64,000 nt of DNA from an uncultured candidatus Brocadiaceae bacterium. Lineage in GTDB: Bacteria; Planctomycetota; UBA11346. Of this stretch, positions 8,669 to 18,062 are shown in pieces (the stretch's first letter is position 1; every line of letters begins with the position of its first letter). The translations under genes and the position numbers were made by a program. The notes under the pieces were generated by a model. The model saw only the letters and a program-made list of their open reading frames with translations. It ran no database searches and was not told the DNA's origin. The stretch covers positions 26,633 to 90,632 of the forward strand of contig CAZZAM010000003.1 of assembly GCA_964652775.1 (NCBI GenBank). Direction: 5' to 3'.

Positions 8669-11600
8669 TGACTGACAGAAGGACATGGCTGGGCTGGGTT
8701 ATCGTTGCGATCATCGGCATCGCGTTGATCAGCTTGGGTACGATGCTGATCAACGCTACGGCACGGAAGCCAACCGATGCCGCCACGAACGACCATCCTA
8801 CCCAGCCTGCACCGACGCAGTCGCGGATAGCCAACACGGTCAACAACGACAGAACGCCTGCAGCGATAGCCACCGTCAAACTCGGCCAACAGGCATCCCA
8901 CGCGGATGCACTCGCCATGACCACCGCCGACTTGCAGGGTGCCGACCATCCGCCGCTGTCAGGTCTGCGCCTCGTCGTCCCCGATCCCGTCGATAGCATT
9001 CCCAACGATCTGCGCTTCAGTCTGGATGGCAGTAGGCTCGCGATCTTCACCTATACCAGCGCCTACATCTACGAGTCATCCTCGGGCCGACAACTCTATC
9101 ACATACCTCGGCCCGGCAGTCACGGACGCTTCACTGCGGTCGACGCGAAATTCGAGCGCTTCATCTTTGGCAATCCGGCCATGATTGGCGTCTGCACCCG
9201 CAAAGGGGAGATCGTCTGGCAGTGTGCGGTGGAGAAACCGATCACCCGCATCAGCGGGGCCGGACCACCGAATTCAGCAATCTCCGACGATGGTCTGCGC
9301 GTTGCCTATCAGGACGGAATTGATGTCATCCTAGTGGATCTCAAGGATGGAACGAAGACCCCAGGTCCCAATCTCATGGGCAGCCTGGCATTCGTCGGCA
9401 ACGATCATCTCGTCGGCCTCCCATTCACTGAGGGAGACGGATGGATTTGGAAAATCGCCGACAAGACTGCGGTACCAGTGAGATCGCAAGGCGTCAGCAG
9501 CAATGCTCATATCATCGTCACACCTAGCCGCGACCGCTTTGCCTGGATCACCAGGGAGGGCCGTCTGGTTATCGCCGACATCGCCGGCAACAAGCTGGGA
9601 GATCCGCTGGGCGTCAGTATGCCCGACGGTTCGCCGTGGAAATTGAAGGGAGCCACTTTCGCAGACGACGGTTCGCTGGTCGTGATAGCGCTGCCAAGCC
9701 GGGCGCCTTCTCTGCCGAATGGTTTGAGTCGCATCGTCGATCTGCACGACTTTCTGGCCTCGCAGATGGAACAGGTTTGGCGAGTCCCCCTCGCCACCGA
9801 TGAAAAGCCATTCCGACTGACAACCATTCCCGGTAGCCAGACTTCCGATCTCGGTCGCAGCATTTCTTCCTTACCAGTCCAGAACTTCCTACCATTAGCA
9901 GCCGACACCGTCAGTGACCGCCTCATCATCGGATCGGGACTGCTCCCCCTGCTTCAAATGAGCAACGGCGCCGTGATCAACAATCTGATTGAACGTCGCT
10001 CTGCCTCTGTCGACTCCGATGTTTTGAACAACGGCGTCTTCAGAATCTATCCAGACCAGAATGCCCGACCAACGGTCAGCGCTGACGGTCGCTGGATCCT
10101 ACATCAACGCTGGCGCAAGCTCGACATCTGGGATTTGTGGTCAGGCATTCCATGCCGCATCCAAGCGAATTCAGGCCAGATACATTTCAATACCGGTGCG
10201 GTCAGCATGGATACAACCAACGCGGCAACTCTACACTTTCTCGATTCGACTCTGCCGATCGACTTAACCAACTCAACAACGGCGATCATCAATCCCACGT
10301 CCTTGGTCTCTCGGGAAGATGCCAGCGCTGTTGTCATGGCCGGAACCAGCCATGGAACCCGGCTATTAGCTGGATCTAACCAAAGTGGCGAAGTCTTCAT
10401 TCAAGACCTGCCCGGACGAAGCCGCCATCCTTTGCCGTGGCGCTTTCGGACACCTGCGAGTCAGAAAGAAACCCGCACCCTTGTGGATGCCGCTCTATCG
10501 GCCGACGGTTCGTTGGTCGCACTCGCCTATATAGATCGCTCACTCACATCTATGGAATCAGCCCATCCGCGCGGCCTCATCTTGTATGCCTGCGAACAGC
10601 AGGCTGAGCTAGCCGTGGTACTGGAACCTACCGTCCGTCCCACGTGCGTCAGCTTCGCTCCGGTGGGAAGAATGCTCGCCATCGGCGAAGAAGATGGCGC
10701 CGTCTCTCTGGTAACGCCACAAAACCGCGTCGTCCGCTGGCGCGTGGACAGCGCGTCCATTTCAGGGATCGCTTGGTCTGGCGATGGCACACGCCTAGCT
10801 GTCACCACGCGGAACGGTCGCCTTTTCGAGCTGGAACTGTCGACGCAAGTGGTTCGGCGTGTTGCCGTCGAGGTGGGATCCGCGATGGCCTGCGCGTGGC
10901 TTCCTGACCGCCGGGTGCTGACCTGGTCTCAGCACGGCAGCCTGTCCATTCTGCCACTCGACGGCGGACCGTGCATCTCGTTCGGCTACGACCAAGTCAA
11001 AAACCGCTGGCTCTGCTCCTCCAACACCGGCATCTGGGATGGTTCAAAGAATTGTACCAGCATGTTCGATCTCGACTGGAATGGCGTGATGTTCGCGGGC
11101 GACGTCCTGGCCCCGTGGACGAACCGCCCTGACCTCCTTCTGCGTATTCTGCGCTCTCCAGCAGAGAGTGACATCGCACGCCTCCACCGACGAGTCGAGC
11201 AACGCGCCAAACAATGCGCTGCCAATCTTGCCCAGCCACCCGACCTCGCATCTCTTCCGGGAAGCGTCATCACCAATTGTGTGGTGCAGAACGACCGTGC
11301 CGTGATGACACTGCATCGGCCAGTACAGGCGCGCCTATTCCAAGCCTATGCCAACGGTGTTCCGGTATTTTCTGGCGCCGGACTGCCCGTGCCAGCCGGC
11401 GATGCAGACATCTCTTTCCCAATCTCCCTACAACGGGGCGGCAACCGAATTGAGACTGCCTTCCTTGACCAATACGGCCGTAGTGGATCGCGGGCCTCGG
11501 CCTTTGTCACTGGATATGGGGACACGCACAGCGACCTCCACATCTTGGCGATCGGCGTATCGCGCTATCGGGATTCCCGGCTCGATCTTGGATGCGCCGC

Positions 11601-13647
11601 CAAGGATGCGGTGGACTTCGCCAAGGAATGGCAGCGGTTTCTCAACCAACCATTCCGGACGATTCACTCAACCGTCCTGCTCGACCAGGACGTGACCTTG
11701 GACAACATCCGCCAGGCGAGCAGGAAACTAGGGAAGGCCGCGCCCAACGACGTCTGCCTTCTCTTCGTGGCCGGGCATGGCACGCACGACGAGAACGGAG
11801 TTTTCCGCTTCCTGCCGCACGGTACGCAGATCGACGACATCGCGGGATCAACCATCTCCTTCCAAGAAATCGATGCCGTGCTTGGCCGCTGCGGCAGTCG
11901 CCGGCGCTTCGCTTTCATCGACACCTGCGAAAGCGGACTGCTCGATCCAGATGAAGCTCCTCCCGGACTGTTGAGCATGGCCAGTGCCCGAGGATTGCGC
12001 TGCCGCGGCCTGCGCCCGGTGACGCCAGCCGACCCTCGACCGCCCATGCCCAAGCCAGTGGACACGTCGCCATCTCCATCGGTCTCAATCGCGACTCCAA
12101 CCCAAGAGACACCAGCGGTCTTACGACGCCTGCCGCCCACCCCGAGTCGCCCCCGACGCGCCGATCGCCAACGCTATCTCTACAATGACCTTTCTCTCGG
12201 TTCCGGCGCATCCATCCTCAGCGCGGCAAGCGGCAGCCAATATTCCTACGAAAGTGATCAACTTGGGAACGGATTCTTCACTGCTGCGGTGATCAAAATG
12301 CTGCGAGGTGATAAACCCACCAACGCCACGCCAGAACAAAAAATGGTCGGACTCTCCTCCAGCGACCGTTCACGGACCATCACTTGGAACAGCCTATGCG
12401 CTGATGTCGCCATGGAGGTCGATGATCAGACCGGAGGATTGCAGAGCCCGAGCCTCGACCGCTACAATCCGTATGCCAACTTCACGCTGCGGATGGAGGC
12501 AAAAGATCTGCGCCCGGATGTGCGGATAGGAACAGGAGTGATGCGTTCAGATGTCCCGATGAGTGTACCGATCGCCAACATTTCTGCCGAGGAGCTTGCG
12601 GCAGGGCGCGCTCTCGCACCGTCCTTCCTCGTTCTGGCCAAGGCCCTTGCCCGCGATCGCCAGTTCGACTGCCATGCATTCAATCTGTCAGCCCGCGAAA
12701 CCCGCAAGCTGGCACGACCGTTGACCAGCCGACTGACCGACACCCTGGAAACGCGCCTGACCGCTCTGCTCGGCAAACCCATCCTGTCGATCGACAAGAC
12801 CGAGCGCATCGACCGACGTGAAGCCGATCCGGCCTGCGCCGAGGCAATTCGACTGCTCAACAGAATGGCGGATGCCTTGGCCGGAAACGTTCCGTGGGAG
12901 ACAGCTCTGGGAGATCGTTCGATCGAACCAGTTTATGTCTCCTTTCTGCTGACTTCCGGCGACCGCATCGAAGGTCTTTACGATCCGGTGCTCCGCCTCC
13001 TCGAACCAAGCTCGTTGCGCTTCGATCTCACCGGCATGCAGATTCGCATCGAACCCGAAGACGTCGATACCTGCACCCGGAAGCCAGGCATCCCAACCAG
13101 AGTTACCAGTGCTAAGCCACCAGGACCACCACCCGTCTCCACGCCTCTTCCTCTTCCCCTACCCGGAATCGCCGGCGCGGATTCAGCCCGCTTTCATTTG
13201 GGCGAGTGGCGTGGAATCCAAAATAACCAGGGTTGGGATGCCGCTGTCATGGGGCGTGCTCCATCCGAATCATTGCTGCTGGAGACCGGCCCTGGTCAGG
13301 CCGAGAAATGCTGCGCGAAGGCCAAGGTTACCGGCGCATTTAGTAGCATCGTCCTGAAACTGCGCGTGATCGCGGGCGGAGGCGGCCAGATCGCACTCGC
13401 CATTGCCGAGGGTAATGCCTCCAACATGCAGGAGAGCCATCTCGTCGCGCTCGACAAGGAGACCGTCGAGACCACCTTCGACCTACGTGGCATCGGCTGG
13501 AAGAGCAAGGCCAGCAACTGGCAATTCGGCAATCAGCCGAGATCAACCGCCATATCCGTGGTGTATCTGCTGCTCTACCGCGGCTCAGCCCCGACCAAAG
13601 TCGAAGTAATGGAACTCCGTGGAATCCCGGATACGGGCAGGCCCTGA
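8668..13647 (+). CDS. Membrane-anchored WD40-repeat + caspase-like (peptidase C14) protein with C-terminal extensions
   Basis: TGATG overlap gives the start at 8668. N-terminal TM (LGWVIVAIIGIALISLGTMLI); WD40-like blades (FSLDGSRLA, LSADGSLVA, FAPVGRMLAIGEEDGAVSL, WSGDGTRLA). Caspase motifs LHILAIGVSRY, FVAGHG (His codon 11776), FIDTCESG (Cys codon 11926), SAASGSQYSYE...NGFFT. Confidence 0.88.
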   Translation: MTDRRTWLGWVIVAIIGIALISLGTMLINATARKPTDAATNDHPTQPAPTQSRIANTVNNDRTPAAIATVKLGQQASHADALAMTTADLQGADHPPLSGLRLVVPDPVDSIPNDLRFSLDGSRLAIFTYTSAYIYESSSGRQLYHIPRPGSHGRFTAVDAKFERFIFGNPAMIGVCTRKGEIVWQCAVEKPITRISGAGPPNSAISDDGLRVAYQDGIDVILVDLKDGTKTPGPNLMGSLAFVGNDHLVGLPFTEGDGWIWKIADKTAVPVRSQGVSSNAHIIVTPSRDRFAWITREGRLVIADIAGNKLGDPLGVSMPDGSPWKLKGATFADDGSLVVIALPSRAPSLPNGLSRIVDLHDFLASQMEQVWRVPLATDEKPFRLTTIPGSQTSDLGRSISSLPVQNFLPLAADTVSDRLIIGSGLLPLLQMSNGAVINNLIERRSASVDSDVLNNGVFRIYPDQNARPTVSADGRWILHQRWRKLDIWDLWSGIPCRIQANSGQIHFNTGAVSMDTTNAATLHFLDSTLPIDLTNSTTAIINPTSLVSREDASAVVMAGTSHGTRLLAGSNQSGEVFIQDLPGRSRHPLPWRFRTPASQKETRTLVDAALSADGSLVALAYIDRSLTSMESAHPRGLILYACEQQAELAVVLEPTVRPTCVSFAPVGRMLAIGEEDGAVSLVTPQNRVVRWRVDSASISGIAWSGDGTRLAVTTRNGRLFELELSTQVVRRVAVEVGSAMACAWLPDRRVLTWSQHGSLSILPLDGGPCISFGYDQVKNRWLCSSNTGIWDGSKNCTSMFDLDWNGVMFAGDVLAPWTNRPDLLLRILRSPAESDIARLHRRVEQRAKQCAANLAQPPDLASLPGSVITNCVVQNDRAVMTLHRPVQARLFQAYANGVPVFSGAGLPVPAGDADISFPISLQRGGNRIETAFLDQYGRSGSRASAFVTGYGDTHSDLHILAIGVSRYRDSRLDLGCAAKDAVDFAKEWQRFLNQPFRTIHSTVLLDQDVTLDNIRQASRKLGKAAPNDVCLLFVAGHGTHDENGVFRFLPHGTQIDDIAGSTISFQEIDAVLGRCGSRRRFAFIDTCESGLLDPDEAPPGLLSMASARGLRCRGLRPVTPADPRPPMPKPVDTSPSPSVSIATPTQETPAVLRRLPPTPSRPRRADRQRYLYNDLSLGSGASILSAASGSQYSYESDQLGNGFFTAAVIKMLRGDKPTNATPEQKMVGLSSSDRSRTITWNSLCADVAMEVDDQTGGLQSPSLDRYNPYANFTLRMEAKDLRPDVRIGTGVMRSDVPMSVPIANISAEELAAGRALAPSFLVLAKALARDRQFDCHAFNLSARETRKLARPLTSRLTDTLETRLTALLGKPILSIDKTERIDRREADPACAEAIRLLNRMADALAGNVPWETALGDRSIEPVYVSFLLTSGDRIEGLYDPVLRLLEPSSLRFDLTGMQIRIEPEDVDTCTRKPGIPTRVTSAKPPGPPPVSTPLPLPLPGIAGADSARFHLGEWRGIQNNQGWDAAVMGRAPSESLLLETGPGQAEKCCAKAKVTGAFSSIVLKLRVIAGGGGQIALAIAEGNASNMQESHLVALDKETVETTFDLRGIGWKSKASNWQFGNQPRSTAISVVYLLLYRGSAPTKVEVMELRGIPDTGRP

Positions 13648-13820
13648 CAAAGAGTCCAATAACACGGCCCATGGGGCGTATTTAATCCTCCAACCGGTCA
13701 CACTGGCGTCTTGGTGGGCCAATCTGGGTGTGCTCAGTATGGAAATGCAAGACGAAAAAAGCATAAAAATCCCTGGCGTATTTGCGTTTCCCAATGAACC
13801 GGCACACGGGAAATCCAAAT

Positions 13821-13841
13821 TGGTACTCCCAAGGGGATTCG
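13821..13841 (-). repeat. 21-bp direct copy of the tRNA-Glu 3' end (att-like)
   Basis: tggtactcccaaggggattcg is identical at 13821-13841 and 14082-14102. Confidence 0.9.
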
Positions 13842-14031
13842 TCCAGCCTCGGGCAAGCCCTCGGCGTCGCTCGGCGCCGACGCCATGCCCATGGCGTCGC
13901 GTCCGCTACGCGGATGCCCTCGCTCCCCTCGCGAGGTACCGCCGCGACGGCTGTAGCAGGCCACAGGGTGGCGTGCGGCCGAGCGACCGGGCGAGCCTGC
14001 GAGCCTGCGAGCACGCAGGGTGGAAATCCTC

Positions 14032-14090
14032 GGAGTACCAAACGCAGAAAAGCTGGCCGCGACGGCCAGCTTTTCTGCGTTTGGTACTCC
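14032..14090 (-). terminator. Perfect 28-bp hairpin downstream of, and overlapping, the tRNA-Glu 3' end
   Basis: ggagtaccaaacgcagaaaagctggccg (14032-14059), loop cga, exact reverse complement at 14063-14090. The terminator role is inferred. Confidence 0.7.
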
Positions 14091-14157
14091 CAAGGGGATT
14101 CGAACCCCTGTCGCCGGAATGAAAATCCGGTATCCTAGGCCTCTAGATGATGGGAGC
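14082..14157 (-). tRNA. tRNA-Glu (TTC)
   Basis: GCTCCCA...CCGGA-TTTTCAT-TCCGG...GGTTCGAATCC...TGGGAGTACCA; 76 nt, encoded CCA. Confidence 0.95.
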
Positions 14158-14206
14158 CTGCGGGGCGGGGAAGATCCACATTCTGCTGCCAAGAGCAAGT
14201 GTCCAA

Positions 14207-15898
14207 TTATGTCGCCGCTGGTGAACCAGATTGGGTTGGGCTCAATGTCGGCAGACTCCCGATGTGGAGGGTTTGTGTGGGGTAAGCAAACGAAATGCCG
14301 CGATCCCGCGCCAGCTGCATAATCTGGATCAAGACGGCTTGACGGTTCGCGAGTTCATCGTTCCAGGTTGCCACCTTGAGGTGGTAATTGACGAGGATCT
14401 CCAACGACGAGGCAGCCATGGCGGTGAAAGCAACGGTAATCGCGTCCTGTTTGACTGCTGGATTCGCCTGCAGGATAGTTCGGATGCCGTGGCAGAAGGT
14501 TTCGACCTGGGCCGGGCTGGTGGCGCAGTCGAGGCCCAGCACTTCACGCGCACGGCGGAAGTCGCGACCGCCCATGTTGTCGATGTTGGCCAATACCAGT
14601 TCGCAGTTTGGAATCGACAACAGCGAGTTGTGCGGAGTCCGAATACGGGTGCTACGAAAGCCGATCTCCTCCACCGATCCTTCGACACCCTTAGCTAAAA
14701 TATAGTCACCGATGCGGAAAGGACGATCAATCATGATCATCACCGAGCCCAATAGGTTCGCGAGCGTGTCCTTGGCCGCGAGCGCGAATGCCAAACCGCC
14801 GATGCCCAGACCGGCGATAAGACTGGCCACATCCATGCCCATATTCTGCGCCCCCAGCAAGAGACAGAACAGCAATGCGAGAATCTGCAGACTCTGGCGA
14901 ATCAAACGAAACAGGCCGTTATTCAGGTCTTTCTGCCGCTCACGCATGATCCGTTCAAACTGGAGTCCGACAAAGCCGGCGATGCGATAGGCCAGATAAC
15001 CCAAGCTGACGAAGAACGCCGTCTTGATCAGGAATGCTATGACTATGTAAGCAGTTCCAGCAATTCCCAATAGATGCAGGGACGCAAACCAAACACCGGT
15101 CGTCGCGAGATAGGTTGCTGGGCTGGTCAGCACCTCAACCAGTTCATCATCCCAGGTCGCCGAGGTACGTGCAGTCAGACGTTTGATTAAAAAACCAATG
15201 AATCGCGTCACCTGACGCAGGACGATTCCGACAAAGATCAGCAATCCGAGCAATAACCACTGCCAATAAGCGACGCCGACAATTTGCTGTTTGAGATTAT
15301 CTGGAACATATCGCTCATCCCATGATGGCTCCAAGCCTCCTCCGACCGAACCAGCCAATAGCGGCAGATGTTTCACCCGAGCAAAGAAGCCCCGAGCGCG
15401 TTGCACTGAGTCTGCTGAGATGGTGTATTCCCCTTTGCGCTCGCCATTATCAATACGCAGCACGGTTATCTCGGTGCTACGCAAACGCCAGCGCTGCAAA
15501 GTCGCCTCATTGGGAACCTTGGAATAATCGATGGTAATGACGCGATCGATGACTTCCTTGAGTGCGATGGCTGAATCTCGTGCCGCAATATCACGATCAA
15601 CCATCGGCAAGGATGAGCAGTCCAAACAACGCACGGCATCATCCAGCCACGTCGCCGCCAATCGCGCGTCAGTCTGACGTGCAGCTACGTAATGGTCCAT
15701 CGCATCCATGAACGACTTCAGAGTATCGCGCGGCGAGTCGGTCTTCACCGGAGCCAGCGGTGAATCTAACGACGATGGCGGTGTCGCAGTGGATACCGGA
15801 GTCGAATCGGTCGCTGGCAGCGAATCGCTCGCCCAACCAACGTAAGCAAAAAGGAACAGCAAAAACAGGCGTAGCATCATGGGCGGCACAATGGCCAT
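14207..15898 (-). CDS. mscS: MscS-family mechanosensitive channel with periplasmic N-terminal domain
   Basis: SLIAGLGIGGLAFALAAKDTLANLLGSVMIMIDRPFRIGD...GSVEEIGFRSTRIRT...IPN...ISFAYPTQT. Start at 15898 or 15880 rather than 16072. Confidence 0.9.
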   Translation of the reverse strand: MAIVPPMMLRLFLLFLFAYVGWASDSLPATDSTPVSTATPPSSLDSPLAPVKTDSPRDTLKSFMDAMDHYVAARQTDARLAATWLDDAVRCLDCSSLPMVDRDIAARDSAIALKEVIDRVITIDYSKVPNEATLQRWRLRSTEITVLRIDNGERKGEYTISADSVQRARGFFARVKHLPLLAGSVGGGLEPSWDERYVPDNLKQQIVGVAYWQWLLLGLLIFVGIVLRQVTRFIGFLIKRLTARTSATWDDELVEVLTSPATYLATTGVWFASLHLLGIAGTAYIVIAFLIKTAFFVSLGYLAYRIAGFVGLQFERIMRERQKDLNNGLFRLIRQSLQILALLFCLLLGAQNMGMDVASLIAGLGIGGLAFALAAKDTLANLLGSVMIMIDRPFRIGDYILAKGVEGSVEEIGFRSTRIRTPHNSLLSIPNCELVLANIDNMGGRDFRRAREVLGLDCATSPAQVETFCHGIRTILQANPAVKQDAITVAFTAMAASSLEILVNYHLKVATWNDELANRQAVLIQIMQLARDRGISFAYPTQTLHIGSLPTLSPTQSGSPAAT

Positions 15899-15926
15899 TT
15901 CCCAGCATCGTCCAGCGTGATTCTGG

Positions 15927-18062
15927 TTAGTGATCGCCCTTGCGCCGCGGCCGAAACACCGCCACCGGGCCAGCGGCGAGTTCCGCTGGCACTGACCGCG
16001 CGGCGGCTTCAGCGCACAGACGCGCGAAGGCACTCTTTCCTGAACCAGCCTTACGTGGCTTCCGACGAACATAGGTTCCGTCAGGCATCAAGTCGCGGAT
16101 ACTGACGTCGTCTTCCAAGCAAATATCGAGGATATTTTTCAGGCGCGCAGTCATCTGCTCATCGTCAATGACAACGGCTGCCTCGACGCGACGATCCAAA
16201 TTGCGCGTCATCCAGTCTGCTGAGGCGATCGCATACAGTGGCTTCCCAGCATTCTCAAAACGATAGATGCGTGAGTGTTCAAGCAAACGACCGATCAATG
16301 AGTGGACGCGAATCCGTTCAGAAAGTCCTTTCACGCCTGCCCGCAGGATGCACATCCCGCGCACAACCAGATCGATCTCGACCCCTGCTTGCGAAGCGGC
16401 GTAGAGCTCCTCGCAAATACTCTCGTCGACCAGGGCGTTGAATTTAGCGGTTATTCTGGCCGGTTTTCCTTCTTTCGCATGGGCCGCCTCACGGCGAATC
16501 ATCTCGACCATACTTGAGCGCATGGTCAATGGCGAGACCCACAGTCGTTCCCAGGTCGGCGGCCGACTGTATCCGGTCAACATGTTGAAGAGTGCCGCTA
16601 CGTCACGTCCGACCGCCTCGTTACATGTTAGGTAACTCAGATCCGTGTAGAGTCGCGCCGTCTTGTCATTGTAGTTTCCGGTACCGATATGGCAGTAACG
16701 GCGAATGCCATCCTCATCACGACGGACGATCATCAGCAGCTTGGAATGGACCTTGTAGCCGACCAGACCATACACGACATGCGCTCCAGCATCTTCAAGC
16801 GCACGTGCCCAACGAATATTCGCTGCCTCATCAAAGCGTGCTTTCAGTTCAATGAGTACCGTCACCTGTTTCCCGGATCGCGCCGCATCGGCCAGCGCTT
16901 TGACGATCGGAGAATTTCCCGACACGCGGTACAGCGTCTGTTTGATTGCCAGAACCCGTGTATCCGCCGCAGCAATCTGAACCAATTCAGCAATGCGGCA
17001 GTAATGTTCAAATGGATGATGCAGGAGCAGGTCGCTACTGCGCAGAATTGCGAATGGATCTTCCCACTGCGTTGGATTGAGCTGGGCCGGTAATGGCGGA
17101 TCGCGCAGATCCGCCCGTGGGCCCCGAGGCAGTCGGTCGATTCGATCGCCAACGCCGTGGAGGAACGTGAGATCAAGTGGACCACCAACCGTGACGACGG
17201 ATTCAACCCCAAGACCAAGTCGTTGCACCAACCAATGCTGTAAGCCCGGATCGCCTCCGCTGACGACTTCTAGACGAACGGGATCTCCGCGTTCACGGTC
17301 GAACAATTCCTGTTCTAGATCGGTCAGCAGATCAGCGGACTGCTCCTCGTCGATTTCGATCGAGCCATCACGTGTGACCCGGAACAGGCAACGGGCGACG
17401 ATCGTGTGTCCGGGGAACAACGCGTCGAGATGATGCATCACCACATCTTCGAGCATGGCGTAGCGGCCCGGCGGTGCGGTCAGTCCAACCATGCGCGATT
17501 CGCGCGGGACCGTGACGATAGCATTCTTCGTATCACCTTCAGTTCCGGTCAACTGCACGGCTACGGTGATCGAACGATTGGGAATGGTGGGGAACGGCCG
17601 TGTTGGATCGACAGCGAGTGGCGTCAGCATCGGTTCGAGTTGATCCCGCCAATACACCCGCAATGTCTCACGATCCTCATCGGACCAGGACGTCGGACTG
17701 ACCAGACAGAATCCCTCTTTAGCCAAGGATGGCTGAACTTCGCTCCGCCAACACGCATATTGATCAGTGACCATGCTGGCCATGCCCACGCGGATATCAG
17801 TCAGCAGCTTGCGCGCCGAATCAGCAGTAATCCCCTTACCGCGACTTTCTTGAGTCAACTCCGCCACGCGGACCATGACGAACTCGTCGAGGTTTGAGCC
17901 GACAATAGCCAGGAATTTGGCGCGTTCGATCAGTGGAACAGTTGCATCCAAGGCCTCCTCAAGCACGCGACGATTGAAGGCGAGCCAGCTTAATTCACGG
18001 CGCAAATAGCGATCGGCACGACCGCCAGCTGTGTCCTCACGGCGAAAAATACTGGTGGGCAT
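15927..18062 (-). CDS. ppk1: Polyphosphate kinase 1
   Basis: RELSWLAFNRRVL, SNLDEFVMVRVA, LLHHPF, IKQTLYR, ELKARFDE, HIGTGNYN, LEHSR, SADWMTRNLDRRVE. Confidence 0.96.
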   Translation of the reverse strand: MPTSIFRREDTAGGRADRYLRRELSWLAFNRRVLEEALDATVPLIERAKFLAIVGSNLDEFVMVRVAELTQESRGKGITADSARKLLTDIRVGMASMVTDQYACWRSEVQPSLAKEGFCLVSPTSWSDEDRETLRVYWRDQLEPMLTPLAVDPTRPFPTIPNRSITVAVQLTGTEGDTKNAIVTVPRESRMVGLTAPPGRYAMLEDVVMHHLDALFPGHTIVARCLFRVTRDGSIEIDEEQSADLLTDLEQELFDRERGDPVRLEVVSGGDPGLQHWLVQRLGLGVESVVTVGGPLDLTFLHGVGDRIDRLPRGPRADLRDPPLPAQLNPTQWEDPFAILRSSDLLLHHPFEHYCRIAELVQIAAADTRVLAIKQTLYRVSGNSPIVKALADAARSGKQVTVLIELKARFDEAANIRWARALEDAGAHVVYGLVGYKVHSKLLMIVRRDEDGIRRYCHIGTGNYNDKTARLYTDLSYLTCNEAVGRDVAALFNMLTGYSRPPTWERLWVSPLTMRSSMVEMIRREAAHAKEGKPARITAKFNALVDESICEELYAASQAGVEIDLVVRGMCILRAGVKGLSERIRVHSLIGRLLEHSRIYRFENAGKPLYAIASADWMTRNLDRRVEAAVVIDDEQMTARLKNILDICLEDDVSIRDLMPDGTYVRRKPRKAGSGKSAFARLCAEAAARSVPAELAAGPVAVFRPRRKGDH

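Noticed and set aside
13585-13818. RLAHQDASVTGWRIKYA as a tyrosine-integrase C-terminal remnant beside the att-like repeat
   Set aside because: Only a few residues resemble LGH..I.TT..Y and no other integrase motifs are present; it could be chance.
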